Below, piece after piece: positions 27,701 to 37,491 of a stretch of 64,000 nt of DNA; position 1 is the first letter of the stretch, and each line of letters starts with the position of its first letter. Under the pieces are notes generated by a model. It was given only the letters and a program-made list of their open reading frames with translations. It was not told where the DNA came from and searched no databases. The translations under genes were made by a program, and so were the position numbers. Origin of the DNA: Eubacteriales bacterium (GTDB taxonomy: Bacteria; Bacillota; Clostridia; Oscillospirales; CAG-272); assembly GCA_045132775.1 (NCBI GenBank), contig JBGUSX010000141.1:543-64542 (forward strand), read 5' to 3'.

Positions 27701-30271
27701 ATGAAAAAGAGAATTTTGAGCCTTATGCTCTGCCTTGCAATGCTCGCAGGAAGCCTTATGCTCTTCGCTTGCGACAACGAGAAGGTGAATACAGAGAAGC
27801 CCGATGCGCTCGTTATTATGACCGAGCAGCTTGACGGACTTTTCAACCCCTTCTTTGCTACGAGTGCAAACGACAGCACGATCGTTGCAATGACGCAGAT
27901 AGGCATGCTCACCACGGGCTATGAAAACGGTGAGGTCACTGTTGCTTACGGAGACGACGAGGCTGTCGTAGTAAAGGATTATTCCAAAAAGTATGACGGC
28001 AAGAACACAACTTATACCTTCGTTTTGAAGAACGGTATCAAGTTTTCGGACGGACATCCTCTTACAATGGAGGACGTGCTCTTTAACATGTACGTTTATC
28101 TCGACCCCGTTTACACGGGCTCGTCGACAATGTACTCTACCGATATCGTAGGTCTTAAGGATTACCGCACACAGACTCTCGGTTCGGGCTCGTCCGACAC
28201 TGACGACGCTATCTCTACTGCGGCTAGAGGCAGAGCAAACAACCGTATAAACGAGCTTCTTAACCTTTATATGCAGGTCGGTAAGACCTCGACTGCAGGC
28301 TCTTACAGTGCAGACTACGACAAGATGGTAGCCGCTATCAACAAGCACAGCCTCTCAAGCGGATATAAGAAGGCTGTCTCCGCCGAGCCTTCCTCTGTCA
28401 AGAACACACAGCTTCTTGCAGACTACGAGCTTACACTTAAGCTTTTCAAGGAAGAGCTTGAAAGAGACTATGCATCCGCGCTCGAGAGTTTTACCCAGGA
28501 GCCCTACAAGTCCAGAGAAGAATTCAAGGACGAGGTATTCTGCTTCATGTTTATGGAGGGATACGTTGAGCTCAAGTACGCAAAGGACGCGAACGGTAAA
28601 GAGGATAAGACAAAGATCGATACTCTTACCCCTCAGTACAGCACCTCTGTCGTTACCGACAAGGCATCCGCTATCGATTACGTTTACAACCACAAGGTAG
28701 AGAATGCACTTAACGAGATCCTTCTTTACTGGGCAACGGGAACCGAGCTCCGCACACAGTACACAGCACAGGCAAGAGAGGTAATCCTTCGCGAGAGCAG
28801 TGAGGGCGGCGAGCTTGCTATTCCTAACATTTCGGGTATCAAGTCCCTCGGACATACCACAGACGTTGCGACAGTTACCATCGACGGCAACACATACAAC
28901 GTAGCTCACGAGCACAATGAGGACGGCACTCCCAAGAATGACGGTGAGTACGACGTTCTTGAGATCACCATCAACGGCGTTGACCCCAAGGCTATCTGGA
29001 ACTTCGCATTTGCAGTCGCTCCCCAGCACTACTATGCACAGGGCTATGAGGTTGATATTGCAGACAACAAATTCGGTGTTGAGTACGCGTCCTTCGACTT
29101 TATGAGAGACGTTATTCAGTCAACAAGAAACATCAAGGTTCCCATGGGCGCAGGTCCCTACAAGGCAACCGACAGAAACAACAGCGACACACCCAAGGAA
29201 GACGATTTCTACACAAACAACGTGGTATACTTCAAGAGAAATGATAGCTTCATCATGGGTCAGCCCAAGATCGAGAAGCTACGTTACAGAGTTGTAAGCA
29301 CCTCTAACGCGATCGCGGCTCTTGAGGAGGGATCTGTACACTACATCTCTCCCCAGTACACACAGTACAATATTGAAAAGCTTGATTCTCTCGCATCAAA
29401 GGGAGTCAAGAAGGTAAGCACAGACCAGCTCGGTTACGGTTACATCGGTATCAATGCCGGCAAGGTTCCTAATATCAATATCCGTAAGGCTATTATGTGC
29501 GCTATGGATACCTCGCTCGCACTCAGCTACTACAGCGTAGGTACGGCAGAGAACATCTACTGGAATATGTCCACTGTAAGCTGGGCATACCCCAAAGACG
29601 AGCTTGGCAACAACGACAGACTTAACGGTCACGATTATCCCGCAGTCAAGTACACCAAGGAAGGCGCAAAGAGCAAGATCCAGTATTACATGGACGAGGC
29701 GGGAGTTTCCGCAGGCGACTCCAAGCTTAAGCTCAAGTTCACCATCGCAGGCGCAGACCTTACCGATCACCCGACATATCTTACCTTCCGCGCAGCTGCA
29801 GACCTTCTCAACGAAATGGGATGGGATATCGAGGTAGTTCCGGATACACAGGCACTTACCAAGCTCACCACGGGCTCGCTCGCAGTCTGGGCGGCTGCTT
29901 GGGGAAGCACCGTTGACCCCGATATGTATCAGGTATACCACAAGAACTCCACCGCGACAAGCGTTCTTGCGTGGGGCTACCGTGAGATCCTTGCTTCTCC
30001 CTCTACTTATCCCGAGGAGAATGCAATTCTCAACGATCTCTCCGAGGTTATAGACGAGGCTCGTGAGACAGAGGATCAGGATGAGAGAGCAGAGCTCTAC
30101 AAGGAGGCTATGAGATACGTTCTTGACCTTGCCGTCGAGCTTCCCGTATACCAGAGAGACGTGCTCTACGCTTATGATTCAACGGTCATCAAGAGTGAGT
30201 CCATTCCCACACAGATCAACCCCTATACGTCTCCCCTCGATCACATCTGGGAGATCGAATTTGCAGACTGA
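27701..30271 (+). CDS. ABC transporter substrate-binding lipoprotein, family 5 (Opp/Dpp-like), unusually long (856 aa)
   Basis: GGAGGA 4 nt before the ATG at 27701 and a lipobox LMLFAC. Family-5 blocks are present (FKFSDGHPLTMEDV, GAGPYK, QLGYGYIGINA). Confidence 0.85.
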   Translation: MKKRILSLMLCLAMLAGSLMLFACDNEKVNTEKPDALVIMTEQLDGLFNPFFATSANDSTIVAMTQIGMLTTGYENGEVTVAYGDDEAVVVKDYSKKYDGKNTTYTFVLKNGIKFSDGHPLTMEDVLFNMYVYLDPVYTGSSTMYSTDIVGLKDYRTQTLGSGSSDTDDAISTAARGRANNRINELLNLYMQVGKTSTAGSYSADYDKMVAAINKHSLSSGYKKAVSAEPSSVKNTQLLADYELTLKLFKEELERDYASALESFTQEPYKSREEFKDEVFCFMFMEGYVELKYAKDANGKEDKTKIDTLTPQYSTSVVTDKASAIDYVYNHKVENALNEILLYWATGTELRTQYTAQAREVILRESSEGGELAIPNISGIKSLGHTTDVATVTIDGNTYNVAHEHNEDGTPKNDGEYDVLEITINGVDPKAIWNFAFAVAPQHYYAQGYEVDIADNKFGVEYASFDFMRDVIQSTRNIKVPMGAGPYKATDRNNSDTPKEDDFYTNNVVYFKRNDSFIMGQPKIEKLRYRVVSTSNAIAALEEGSVHYISPQYTQYNIEKLDSLASKGVKKVSTDQLGYGYIGINAGKVPNINIRKAIMCAMDTSLALSYYSVGTAENIYWNMSTVSWAYPKDELGNNDRLNGHDYPAVKYTKEGAKSKIQYYMDEAGVSAGDSKLKLKFTIAGADLTDHPTYLTFRAAADLLNEMGWDIEVVPDTQALTKLTTGSLAVWAAAWGSTVDPDMYQVYHKNSTATSVLAWGYREILASPSTYPEENAILNDLSEVIDEARETEDQDERAELYKEAMRYVLDLAVELPVYQRDVLYAYDSTVIKSESIPTQINPYTSPLDHIWEIEFAD

Positions 30272-30284
30272 TAAATGATTAAAT

Positions 30285-30318
30285 GGTACGTGGGGGAGAG
30301 ATCCCCCCGTACCGTAAG
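30285..30318 (+). terminator. Intra-operon hairpin (attenuator/partial terminator) after the SBP gene
   Basis: GGTACGTGGGGG...CCCCCCGTACC followed by GTAAGGATTTT. Confidence 0.4.
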
Positions 30319-30334
30319 GATTTTGGAGTAATTT

Positions 30335-31297
30335 ATGTTAAAATACATAGCAAAAAGACTTCTTCTGTCCGTCCTTATTTTGCTCGGAGTATCTCTTATA
30401 CTCTTTGCGCTCATTCAGAATATGCCCTCGAGCTTTGCCGAGAACAAGATAAATGAAATGAACGCGGGCGGCGCGATCGTGGATCAGGCTACGAAGGACG
30501 CGATAATGGAGATGTACGATATGAGCTACGGCGAGTGGCTCAAAAGGATCGTAACGCTCGATTTCGGAGAGAGCTTTACTCAGATGATGCCTGTCGTTGA
30601 CGTAATTAAGAGGGATATGCTCGTATCCTTTCTCGTTGCGGCCATAGCGACTGTCTTTGAGTTTATGATAGCTATTCCTCTCGGAATCACGGCGGCTACG
30701 CATCAGTATTCATTCAGAGACTATCTTGTTACGGTTCTCGTAATGATAGGAATATCCCTGCCTGCATTCTTCTTCGGGCAGGTGCTCAAAGGTGTTTTCG
30801 CGGTCGAGCTTGGGTGGTTCCCATCCTCAGGCCTTGGAGATGCCACGCAATCGGCAACGGGATTTGCTTACGTGCTTGAGTATGTGAAATACCTCGTTTT
30901 GCCTATTCTTACCGTCGTTATTCTGAGTATAGGCGGAAGAATGAGAATGACAAGGACCAATATGCTCGAGGTGTTGGGCTCGGATTACATCCGCACCGCA
31001 AGAGCAAAGGGACTTAAGGAGCGCGTCGTTATTTACAAGCACGCGTTCAGAAACACAATGATCCCTCTTGTCACAAGCCTTGCGGGGCTTTTGCCGTCGC
31101 TTTTCTCGGGTGCTATCATCACCGAGCAGATATTCGACCTGCCGGGTATCGGTAACACGGCTTACGACGCAATGATAGTGGGAGACGTTCCCGTAATAAT
31201 GGGCTACAATATGTTCTTGGCTCTGCTCAGTATTATAGGCGTCCTTTTGGCAGACCTTATGTACGCGGTGGTCGATCCTCGCGTAAAGCTGCAGTAA
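30335..31297 (+). CDS. ABC transporter permease (OppB/DppB-like)
   Basis: 320 aa and multi-TM, with the EAA-type loop YIRTARAKGLKERVVIYKHAFRN. Confidence 0.9.
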   Translation: MLKYIAKRLLLSVLILLGVSLILFALIQNMPSSFAENKINEMNAGGAIVDQATKDAIMEMYDMSYGEWLKRIVTLDFGESFTQMMPVVDVIKRDMLVSFLVAAIATVFEFMIAIPLGITAATHQYSFRDYLVTVLVMIGISLPAFFFGQVLKGVFAVELGWFPSSGLGDATQSATGFAYVLEYVKYLVLPILTVVILSIGGRMRMTRTNMLEVLGSDYIRTARAKGLKERVVIYKHAFRNTMIPLVTSLAGLLPSLFSGAIITEQIFDLPGIGNTAYDAMIVGDVPVIMGYNMFLALLSIIGVLLADLMYAVVDPRVKLQ

Positions 31298-31307
31298 AGG
31301 AGGACGT

Positions 31308-32399
31308 ATGGAAGAGAAGATTAAAAACGATACCGAGCTTGAAGAAGTGAATAAGCCCGAGGTGCAGGACGACGAGCCGCTTGACAAGAACGTAAGACTT
31401 ATGTCACCTGCAAGAATGGTAGTCCGCAGATTTTTCCGCTCAAAGCTCAGTGTTGTCGGACTTATTATGTTGGCTACACTCTTTCTTTTCTGCTTCCTGG
31501 GCCCCGTTATCTACAGCGAATGGGGCGAGATAGAGGTCGACGAGACTCCTATGGTCGAGTACACCACCAAGACTATCACCTACGAGCAGGACGGAAAGAC
31601 TTATACCGTTTATCAGGTCACCGAGAAGGTAGAGAAGGAGAACGCACTGGCACCCTTGAGTCCAAAGCATCCTCTCGGAACAGACGAGACAGGCTATGAC
31701 GTTCTGACGCGTCTTATGTACGGCGGAAGAATATCACTGATAATCGGATTTATTTCGGTGTTTATCATTACCGTTCTCGGAGTGATCCTTGGCGGAATAG
31801 CAGGTTATTTCGGCGGAATCGTCGATAACGTGATAATGAGAATCTGCGACGTGCTTATGTGCATACCCGGATTCCCGATCATGCTTGTTTTCGGTACGGT
31901 GCTCACCGCATTCGGCGAGATGGAGAACCCCTCGGCAGTTCAGGCTCTGATGGGTGACCCCCGTTACCGCATATACTTCCTTATGGCATTTCTGACGCTT
32001 TTCTCATGGCCCGGAACCGCAAGACTCGTTCGCGGACAGATCCTTTCTTTGCGCGAGCAGGAGTATATGGTCGCGGCAGAGGCTATGGGTTATTCGACGG
32101 GAAGAAAGATTTTCAAGCATCTTATCCCCAACGTAATGCCCCAGCTCATCGTAACTATGACTCTGAGCCTTGGAAGTATGATACTCTACGAGGCATCGCT
32201 CTCATTCTTGAATATGGGAGTTCAGCCTCCTTATGCCGCTTGGGGAACTATGATAAATGCCGCAAGCGACCTCAACATTCTTGAAAACTATATAAATATC
32301 TGGGCTCCTCCCGGAATTTGCATAGTAATCGCGGTGCTCGGCTTCAACTTTGTCGGTGACGGCCTTCGCGATGCACTCGATCCTAAAGCAAGGAGGTAA
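31308..32399 (+). CDS. ABC transporter permease (OppC/DppC-like)
   Basis: 363 aa with the OppC N-terminal region and a REQEYMVAAEAMGYS loop. Confidence 0.9.
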   Translation: MEEKIKNDTELEEVNKPEVQDDEPLDKNVRLMSPARMVVRRFFRSKLSVVGLIMLATLFLFCFLGPVIYSEWGEIEVDETPMVEYTTKTITYEQDGKTYTVYQVTEKVEKENALAPLSPKHPLGTDETGYDVLTRLMYGGRISLIIGFISVFIITVLGVILGGIAGYFGGIVDNVIMRICDVLMCIPGFPIMLVFGTVLTAFGEMENPSAVQALMGDPRYRIYFLMAFLTLFSWPGTARLVRGQILSLREQEYMVAAEAMGYSTGRKIFKHLIPNVMPQLIVTMTLSLGSMILYEASLSFLNMGVQPPYAAWGTMINAASDLNILENYINIWAPPGICIVIAVLGFNFVGDGLRDALDPKARR

Positions 32400-33619
32400 T
32401 GAAAATGGCAGAAAAGAAAAAAGGACATTACCTCACAGGTAAGGAGATACGCGAGATAACGCGCGAAAACCGCAAGATCACGCGCGAGCTTGAAAAGAAA
32501 AAGCACAGAAAGGCTGACGAGAGCGAATTCGTCAGCAAGATGAAGGATGATAACAATATTCTTGAGATCGAGGACCTCCACACCTATTTCTTCACCGACC
32601 AGGGTGTAGTCAAGGCGGTAAACGGAGTTTCCTTCAACGTTCCGAAGAATTCGACGGTGGGAATCGTCGGAGAATCGGGATGCGGAAAGAGCGTTACGAG
32701 CATGTCGGTCATGCAGCTCGTTGCGGGTCCGCAGGGACAGATAGTTTCGGGAAGTATTCGCTTCAATTCGCAGGATTTCAAGCGAGACAAAAAGGGCGAG
32801 CCTATCTCAGTTGAGGGCGAGGGCGAGAAGAAATACGAGACCGAGGAAAAGGTCTACGATATCGCACAGATGCCCGTAAACGAGATATACCGCATCAGAG
32901 GCAGACAGATCGCTATGATCTTCCAGGAGCCTATGACGTCACTCAATCCCGTTTTCACGATTGGAAATCAGCTTGACGAGGTCACGTTCATACACGTGCC
33001 CGGGGCAACCAAAGAGGACGCAAAGAAAAAGTCTATCGAGATGCTCGAGCTTGTCGGAATAGCGGCTCCCGAGCGTGTCTATAAGGCTTTCCCCCACGAG
33101 CTTTCGGGCGGAATGAGGCAGAGAGTTATGATAGCAATGGCACTCGCCTGCAATCCGAGGCTTATCATTGCCGACGAGCCCACGACCGCGCTTGACGTAA
33201 CTATTCAGGCGCAGATACTCGATCTCTTCAGAGACCTCAAGACGAAGATCAACGGATCTATTCTGCTTATCACCCACGATCTCGGTGTCGTTGCGGAGAT
33301 GGCGGATTACGTGGTCGTAATGTACGCGGGACGCGTGATAGAGCAGGGAACGGTGCGTGAAATATTCCACAATCCCATGCACCCTTATACGATCGGGCTT
33401 CAGAAATCAAAGCCCACGATGGATTCGGACAGTGACACGCTCTTCAATATCCCCGGAAACGTGCCCAACCCAATAAATATGCCCGACCATTGCTATTTTA
33501 AGGAAAGATGCTCGCAGTGTACGAAAAAATGCTCGGGCGACTATCCCGGTATGATTCAGGTGAGCCCCACGCACTTCGTTGCGTGCCATCTGTACGGAGA
33601 GGAGGAGAAAAATGACTGA
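32399..33619 (+). CDS. ABC transporter ATP-binding protein (OppD-like) with a charged N-terminal extension of about 55 aa
   Basis: Walker A GESGCGKS, signature LSGGMRQR, Walker B IIADEPTTALD, and an oligopeptide C-terminal domain. Confidence 0.9.
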   Translation: MKMAEKKKGHYLTGKEIREITRENRKITRELEKKKHRKADESEFVSKMKDDNNILEIEDLHTYFFTDQGVVKAVNGVSFNVPKNSTVGIVGESGCGKSVTSMSVMQLVAGPQGQIVSGSIRFNSQDFKRDKKGEPISVEGEGEKKYETEEKVYDIAQMPVNEIYRIRGRQIAMIFQEPMTSLNPVFTIGNQLDEVTFIHVPGATKEDAKKKSIEMLELVGIAAPERVYKAFPHELSGGMRQRVMIAMALACNPRLIIADEPTTALDVTIQAQILDLFRDLKTKINGSILLITHDLGVVAEMADYVVVMYAGRVIEQGTVREIFHNPMHPYTIGLQKSKPTMDSDSDTLFNIPGNVPNPINMPDHCYFKERCSQCTKKCSGDYPGMIQVSPTHFVACHLYGEEEKND

Positions 33620-34628
33620 TAAGAAGCCTTATGAAGCAGTTTCCGAAAAGGAACCGCTTTTGGTCGTTAAAAACCTCCGAAAGACCTTTCCCGTTGAAAA
33701 AAATCTCGTTGGAAAGGTACAAAAGGAGCTTGTCGCTGTTGATAACGTTTCCTTTACTCTCAATGCGGGGGAGACGCTCGGTATCGTCGGAGAATCGGGT
33801 TGCGGTAAGACAACGATGGGAAGAACGATACTCAAGCTCTATGAGCCGAACGGCGGAGAGATAATCTTCAACGGTGAGGACATCACGAAGTATTCAAGGT
33901 CGCAGATGCGCCGTCTCCGTACTGATATGCAGATAATATTCCAGGATCCCTATTCCTCTCTTCCTCCGAGAGCGACGGTAGGTGATATCCTTTCCGAGCC
34001 CGTCAAGGTACACAACGTGGTACCTCAGGGCGAGGTCAAGGAATACGTAATGGACCTTATGGAAAAATGCGGTCTGCGTGACTACTATTACGAGAGATAT
34101 CCTCACGAGTTCTCGGGCGGTCAGAGGCAGAGAATTTGCATAGCTCGTGCTCTGTCTGTAAAGCCCAAGCTCGTTGTCTGCGATGAGCCCGTGTCTGCAC
34201 TCGACGTGTCGATCCAGGCGCAGATCATCAATCTCCTTAAAGAGCTGCAAAGATCGATGAATCTTACCTATTTATTTATATCGCACGATTTGTCGGTCGT
34301 CAAATTCATTTCGGACAAGGTCGGAGTTATGTATCTCGGCGCGATGATGGAGTACGGTGACAAGAAGGATATTTTTGACAATCCTCTTCATCCTTACACC
34401 AAGGCACTCTTTTCCGCGATACCAAATCCCAACCCCGACGTAAAGATGAACCGCACGGTACTCTCGGGCGATATCCCTTCTCCCACAAATCCCCCCAAGG
34501 GATGCAGATTCCACACCCGTTGCCCCTACGCGACAGAGAAGTGCCGCGAGTGCGTGCCGGAGTACAAGGAGTACGGAAACGGACACTTTGCCGCATGCCA
34601 CATGCTTGAGGAGACGGGCAATGAGTAA
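33612..34628 (+). CDS. ABC transporter ATP-binding protein (OppF-like)
   Basis: ATG at 33612 behind GGAGGAGAAAA. Walker A GESGCGKT, signature FSGGQRQR, Walker B VVCDEPVSALD. Confidence 0.9.
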   Translation: MTDKKPYEAVSEKEPLLVVKNLRKTFPVEKNLVGKVQKELVAVDNVSFTLNAGETLGIVGESGCGKTTMGRTILKLYEPNGGEIIFNGEDITKYSRSQMRRLRTDMQIIFQDPYSSLPPRATVGDILSEPVKVHNVVPQGEVKEYVMDLMEKCGLRDYYYERYPHEFSGGQRQRICIARALSVKPKLVVCDEPVSALDVSIQAQIINLLKELQRSMNLTYLFISHDLSVVKFISDKVGVMYLGAMMEYGDKKDIFDNPLHPYTKALFSAIPNPNPDVKMNRTVLSGDIPSPTNPPKGCRFHTRCPYATEKCRECVPEYKEYGNGHFAACHMLEETGNE

Positions 34629-34866
34629 GAAGAATAATAAAAAAAAGAAGCAAAAGGTAACGTACATCGACGACGGCTCGTCGATAGCAGATATGAGCGG
34701 AGTGGGCGGCAGAAAAAACAAAACGCCGAACACCCCGCGCCCGCGTGCTACGTTCAAGGAGCAGTGGCAGACCTACACCGATGCGGTGAAGATGATGTTT
34801 TTGCCGATGCTCGCGGTGCTCGGAATGCTTGCGATAGCGTTTTTGCTCGTATATCTGATCCTATAA
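34621..34866 (+). CDS. Small basic protein with one C-terminal TM helix (81 aa)
   Basis: The ATG at 34621 overlaps the oppF-like stop. Sequence runs MSKKNNKKKKQK...MMFLPMLAVLGMLAIAFLLVYLIL. A strong terminator follows. Confidence 0.5.
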   Translation: MSKKNNKKKKQKVTYIDDGSSIADMSGVGGRKNKTPNTPRPRATFKEQWQTYTDAVKMMFLPMLAVLGMLAIAFLLVYLIL

Positions 34867-34868
34867 AT

Positions 34869-34907
34869 AAATATCCCCCCGTTTCACGGGGGGATATTTA
34901 TTTCTTT
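34869..34907 (+). terminator. Intrinsic terminator of the ABC operon
   Basis: AAATATCCCCCC-gtttcac-GGGGGGATATTT followed by a T-rich run. Confidence 0.85.
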
Positions 34908-35021
34908 GGTGATCCGCTTGTATAAGCGGCAATATTTGAAACAGGATAAACGTTTATAAAAAAACACACCCGCGTTTACTTTTTATCAGCACGGGAATAC
35001 TAACAAAAAACGGAGGTGTTT

Positions 35022-35972
35022 ATGTGTACTGTAGTTTGCCGTAGAAGCATTGCTTCTTATTTTGGAAGAAATCTTGACATTGATCGAGGATATGGCGAGA
35101 AGGTGGTCATAACACCGCGAAATTATGAGATCAAAATGCGGTGCGCAAAGTCGGTAAAAACGCATTACGCGATGATAGGGATGGCTGCCGTAGTTAACAA
35201 CTTTCCTTTGTACTATGAGGCTACGAACGAGATGGGACTGAGCATGGCGGGCTTGAATTTCCCCGAAAACGCCGTGTACTATAGCTTTGCAGAGGGAAAG
35301 GACAATGTTGCACCGTTTGAGTTTATTCCGTGGATCCTGGCGCAATGCGCGTGCGTCGAGGAGGCTAAGGTGCTTCTTGACAGGATCAATTTGCTTAATA
35401 TCGACTTTAGCGAGAAGCTCCCACTGTCGCCTCTGCATTGGATGATCAGCGATAAAAGGTACAGTATCGCGGTAGAACCCGTAAAGGAAGGGCTCAGGAT
35501 CTATGAAGATCCGTTTGAGGTGCTGACCAATAATCCTACTTTTGAATATCATCAAACGAATATGAGTAATTATATGGGGCTTCACACCGGTCTCGCAACA
35601 TCTCGGTTCGGGAAGGATATACCTGTAAAAAACTACAGCTTGGGATTGGGGGCACTTGGACTGCCTGGTGACTTTTCAAGTGCATCACGGTTTGTCAGAG
35701 CGTTTTTTGTCAAGGAAAATTCGGTAGCGGAGAGGAGTGAAGGGTCAAACGTAAGCACTTTTTTCCACATTTTGAATTCTGTCGCTATGCCAAAGGGTTG
35801 CGTGCGGACCGCAGACGGATTTGAATATACGCGCTACAGCAGCTGCTGCAATGCTGATACGGGGATATATTATTACACCACCTATGACTGTCATGAGATC
35901 ACCCCGATAAATATGCATAGCGTTGATCTGGATCGGTCGCGAATATATACCTATGATGTCAAAGGGCTGTGA
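35022..35972 (+). CDS. Choloylglycine hydrolase family protein (bile-salt-hydrolase/penicillin-V-acylase-like Ntn hydrolase)
   Basis: The ATG at 35022 behind GGAGG gives MCTVV... with the Cys2 nucleophile. Typical RNLD and NEMGL blocks are present. Confidence 0.85.
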   Translation: MCTVVCRRSIASYFGRNLDIDRGYGEKVVITPRNYEIKMRCAKSVKTHYAMIGMAAVVNNFPLYYEATNEMGLSMAGLNFPENAVYYSFAEGKDNVAPFEFIPWILAQCACVEEAKVLLDRINLLNIDFSEKLPLSPLHWMISDKRYSIAVEPVKEGLRIYEDPFEVLTNNPTFEYHQTNMSNYMGLHTGLATSRFGKDIPVKNYSLGLGALGLPGDFSSASRFVRAFFVKENSVAERSEGSNVSTFFHILNSVAMPKGCVRTADGFEYTRYSSCCNADTGIYYYTTYDCHEITPINMHSVDLDRSRIYTYDVKGL

Positions 35973-35992
35973 TAACTTTATAAAAACAAGTA

Positions 35993-36021
35993 TTGACAGA
36001 AGGAAAAAAAGATGGTATAAT
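35993..36021 (+). promoter_or_regulatory. Consensus sigma-A promoter (TTGACA-17-TATAAT)
   Basis: TTGACA at 35993-35998, a 17-nt spacer, and TATAAT at 36016-36021. Confidence 0.7.
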
Positions 36022-36043
36022 CGTTATGTTAATAATTATAAGT

Positions 36044-36087
36044 GGAACCAGCTGACTGCAGAGAACGTTGGTTCCTTTATGCCTTTT
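36044..36087 (+). promoter_or_regulatory. Leader hairpin plus U-rich tract upstream of the K+ transporter genes
   Basis: GGAACCA...TGGTTCC followed by TTTATGCCTTTT. It lies between the promoter and the RBS. Confidence 0.35.
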
Positions 36088-36101
36088 CAGAGGAAATACT
36101 T

Positions 36102-37463
36102 ATGGATAGAAAAAGGAAATTCAAACTTTCAACCACGCAGGTGATATTGCTCAGCTTTCTTTTGACTATACTCGCGGGCAGTGCATTATTGGCATTGCCG
36201 ATAAGCTCTGCGACAGGGGACGCAGTGCCGTATCTTGACGCACTGTTTACCGCGACCACGTCAACCTGCGTGACGGGACTCGTTACGCTTCCCACGGTAT
36301 CCACGTGGAGCGTATTCGGTCAGATCGTCATATTGTTTTTGATACAGATAGGCGGTCTTGGTATCATTACCATAATGTCGGGGCTGATGCTTCTTCTCAA
36401 CAGAAAGATGGGTATCGGCGACAGATTGCTTATTCAGGATGCCTTTAATCTCAATACAATGTCGGGACTTGCAAAATTCGTTAAGAACGTGCTGTTCGGC
36501 ACCCTGATAATCGAGGGAATAGGTGCTGTATTGTATATGCTCGTGTTCGTCCCCGAATTCGGTGCGAAGGGAATATGGATATCGGTGTTCAATTCTGTTT
36601 CGGCTTTCTGTAACGCAGGTATTGACATAATTGCGGAAAACAGCCTTTGCAATTACGCGACAGATCCCTTGATCAACGTCGTAACCTCTGTGCTCATTAT
36701 TCTCGGCGGTCTCGGTTATATCGTGTGGTGGGACGTACTTCGTGTCGTCAGGAGCCGTTCGCAAAAGAACCGCAAGATATTCAGGCATCTGACCTTGCAC
36801 TCGAAAATAGCGATTACAGTTACCGCAGGTCTTATTGTTGCAGGTGCGGCTCTGATCTTCATCTTTGAATACGCAAACCCGTTGACCATCGGAGAGATGT
36901 CCCTCTTTGATAAGATACAAGTGTCATTATTTCAATCTGTCACCACGAGGACCGCGGGCTTTGCTTCGATTCCTCAAGAGAATCTGACAGACGCTTCTGC
37001 CGCCGTATCGATCATATTGATGCTGATAGGCGGTTCACCCGTCGGAACAGCAGGAGGTATGAAGACCGTAACAATTGCGGTGCTCATCTGCTCGGCATAT
37101 TCTACCGTCAGAAACAAGAACAGCGCAACACTGTTCGGTCGCCGTGTTTCCGAGGAATCGGTGAAAAAGGCAGTTGCAGTGGCGGTATCGTTTTTTACAA
37201 TATGCACCGTCTCAACCGTGCTTTTGATGGCAATGAGTGATGTATCTGCTCTTGATGCGGTCTATGAAACGGTCAGTGCGACGGCGACTGTCGGACTTTC
37301 AAGAAACCTGACCGCAACACTTAACACATTCGGCAAGCTTATAATAATTATGACGATGTATTTCGGAAGAGTCGGACCCATCTCGCTTGCGGTGGCACTT
37401 GGCAGTAAGAGCGAAAGCCAGAATGTTATTTCTGAGCCGACGGAGGATATCAGTATAGGATAA
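36102..37463 (+). CDS. TrkH/KtrB-family K+ uptake membrane subunit
   Basis: ORF 36042.. trimmed to the ATG at 36102 (MDRKRKFKLSTTQVILLSF). Selectivity-filter-like motifs are repeated (TGL, GGLG, GGSPVGTAGGMK). Confidence 0.85.
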   Translation: MDRKRKFKLSTTQVILLSFLLTILAGSALLALPISSATGDAVPYLDALFTATTSTCVTGLVTLPTVSTWSVFGQIVILFLIQIGGLGIITIMSGLMLLLNRKMGIGDRLLIQDAFNLNTMSGLAKFVKNVLFGTLIIEGIGAVLYMLVFVPEFGAKGIWISVFNSVSAFCNAGIDIIAENSLCNYATDPLINVVTSVLIILGGLGYIVWWDVLRVVRSRSQKNRKIFRHLTLHSKIAITVTAGLIVAGAALIFIFEYANPLTIGEMSLFDKIQVSLFQSVTTRTAGFASIPQENLTDASAAVSIILMLIGGSPVGTAGGMKTVTIAVLICSAYSTVRNKNSATLFGRRVSEESVKKAVAVAVSFFTICTVSTVLLMAMSDVSALDAVYETVSATATVGLSRNLTATLNTFGKLIIIMTMYFGRVGPISLAVALGSKSESQNVISEPTEDISIG

Positions 37464-37491
37464 GGATAAGGAGAAGGAGAAGGAGAAGAAT

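Noticed and set aside
35973-36101. c-di-AMP (ydaO/kimA-type) riboswitch upstream of the Trk/Ktr genes
   Set aside because: The leader is only about 80 nt after the promoter and forms a single simple hairpin. It lacks the pseudo-two-fold, >100-nt architecture and conserved cores of that class.
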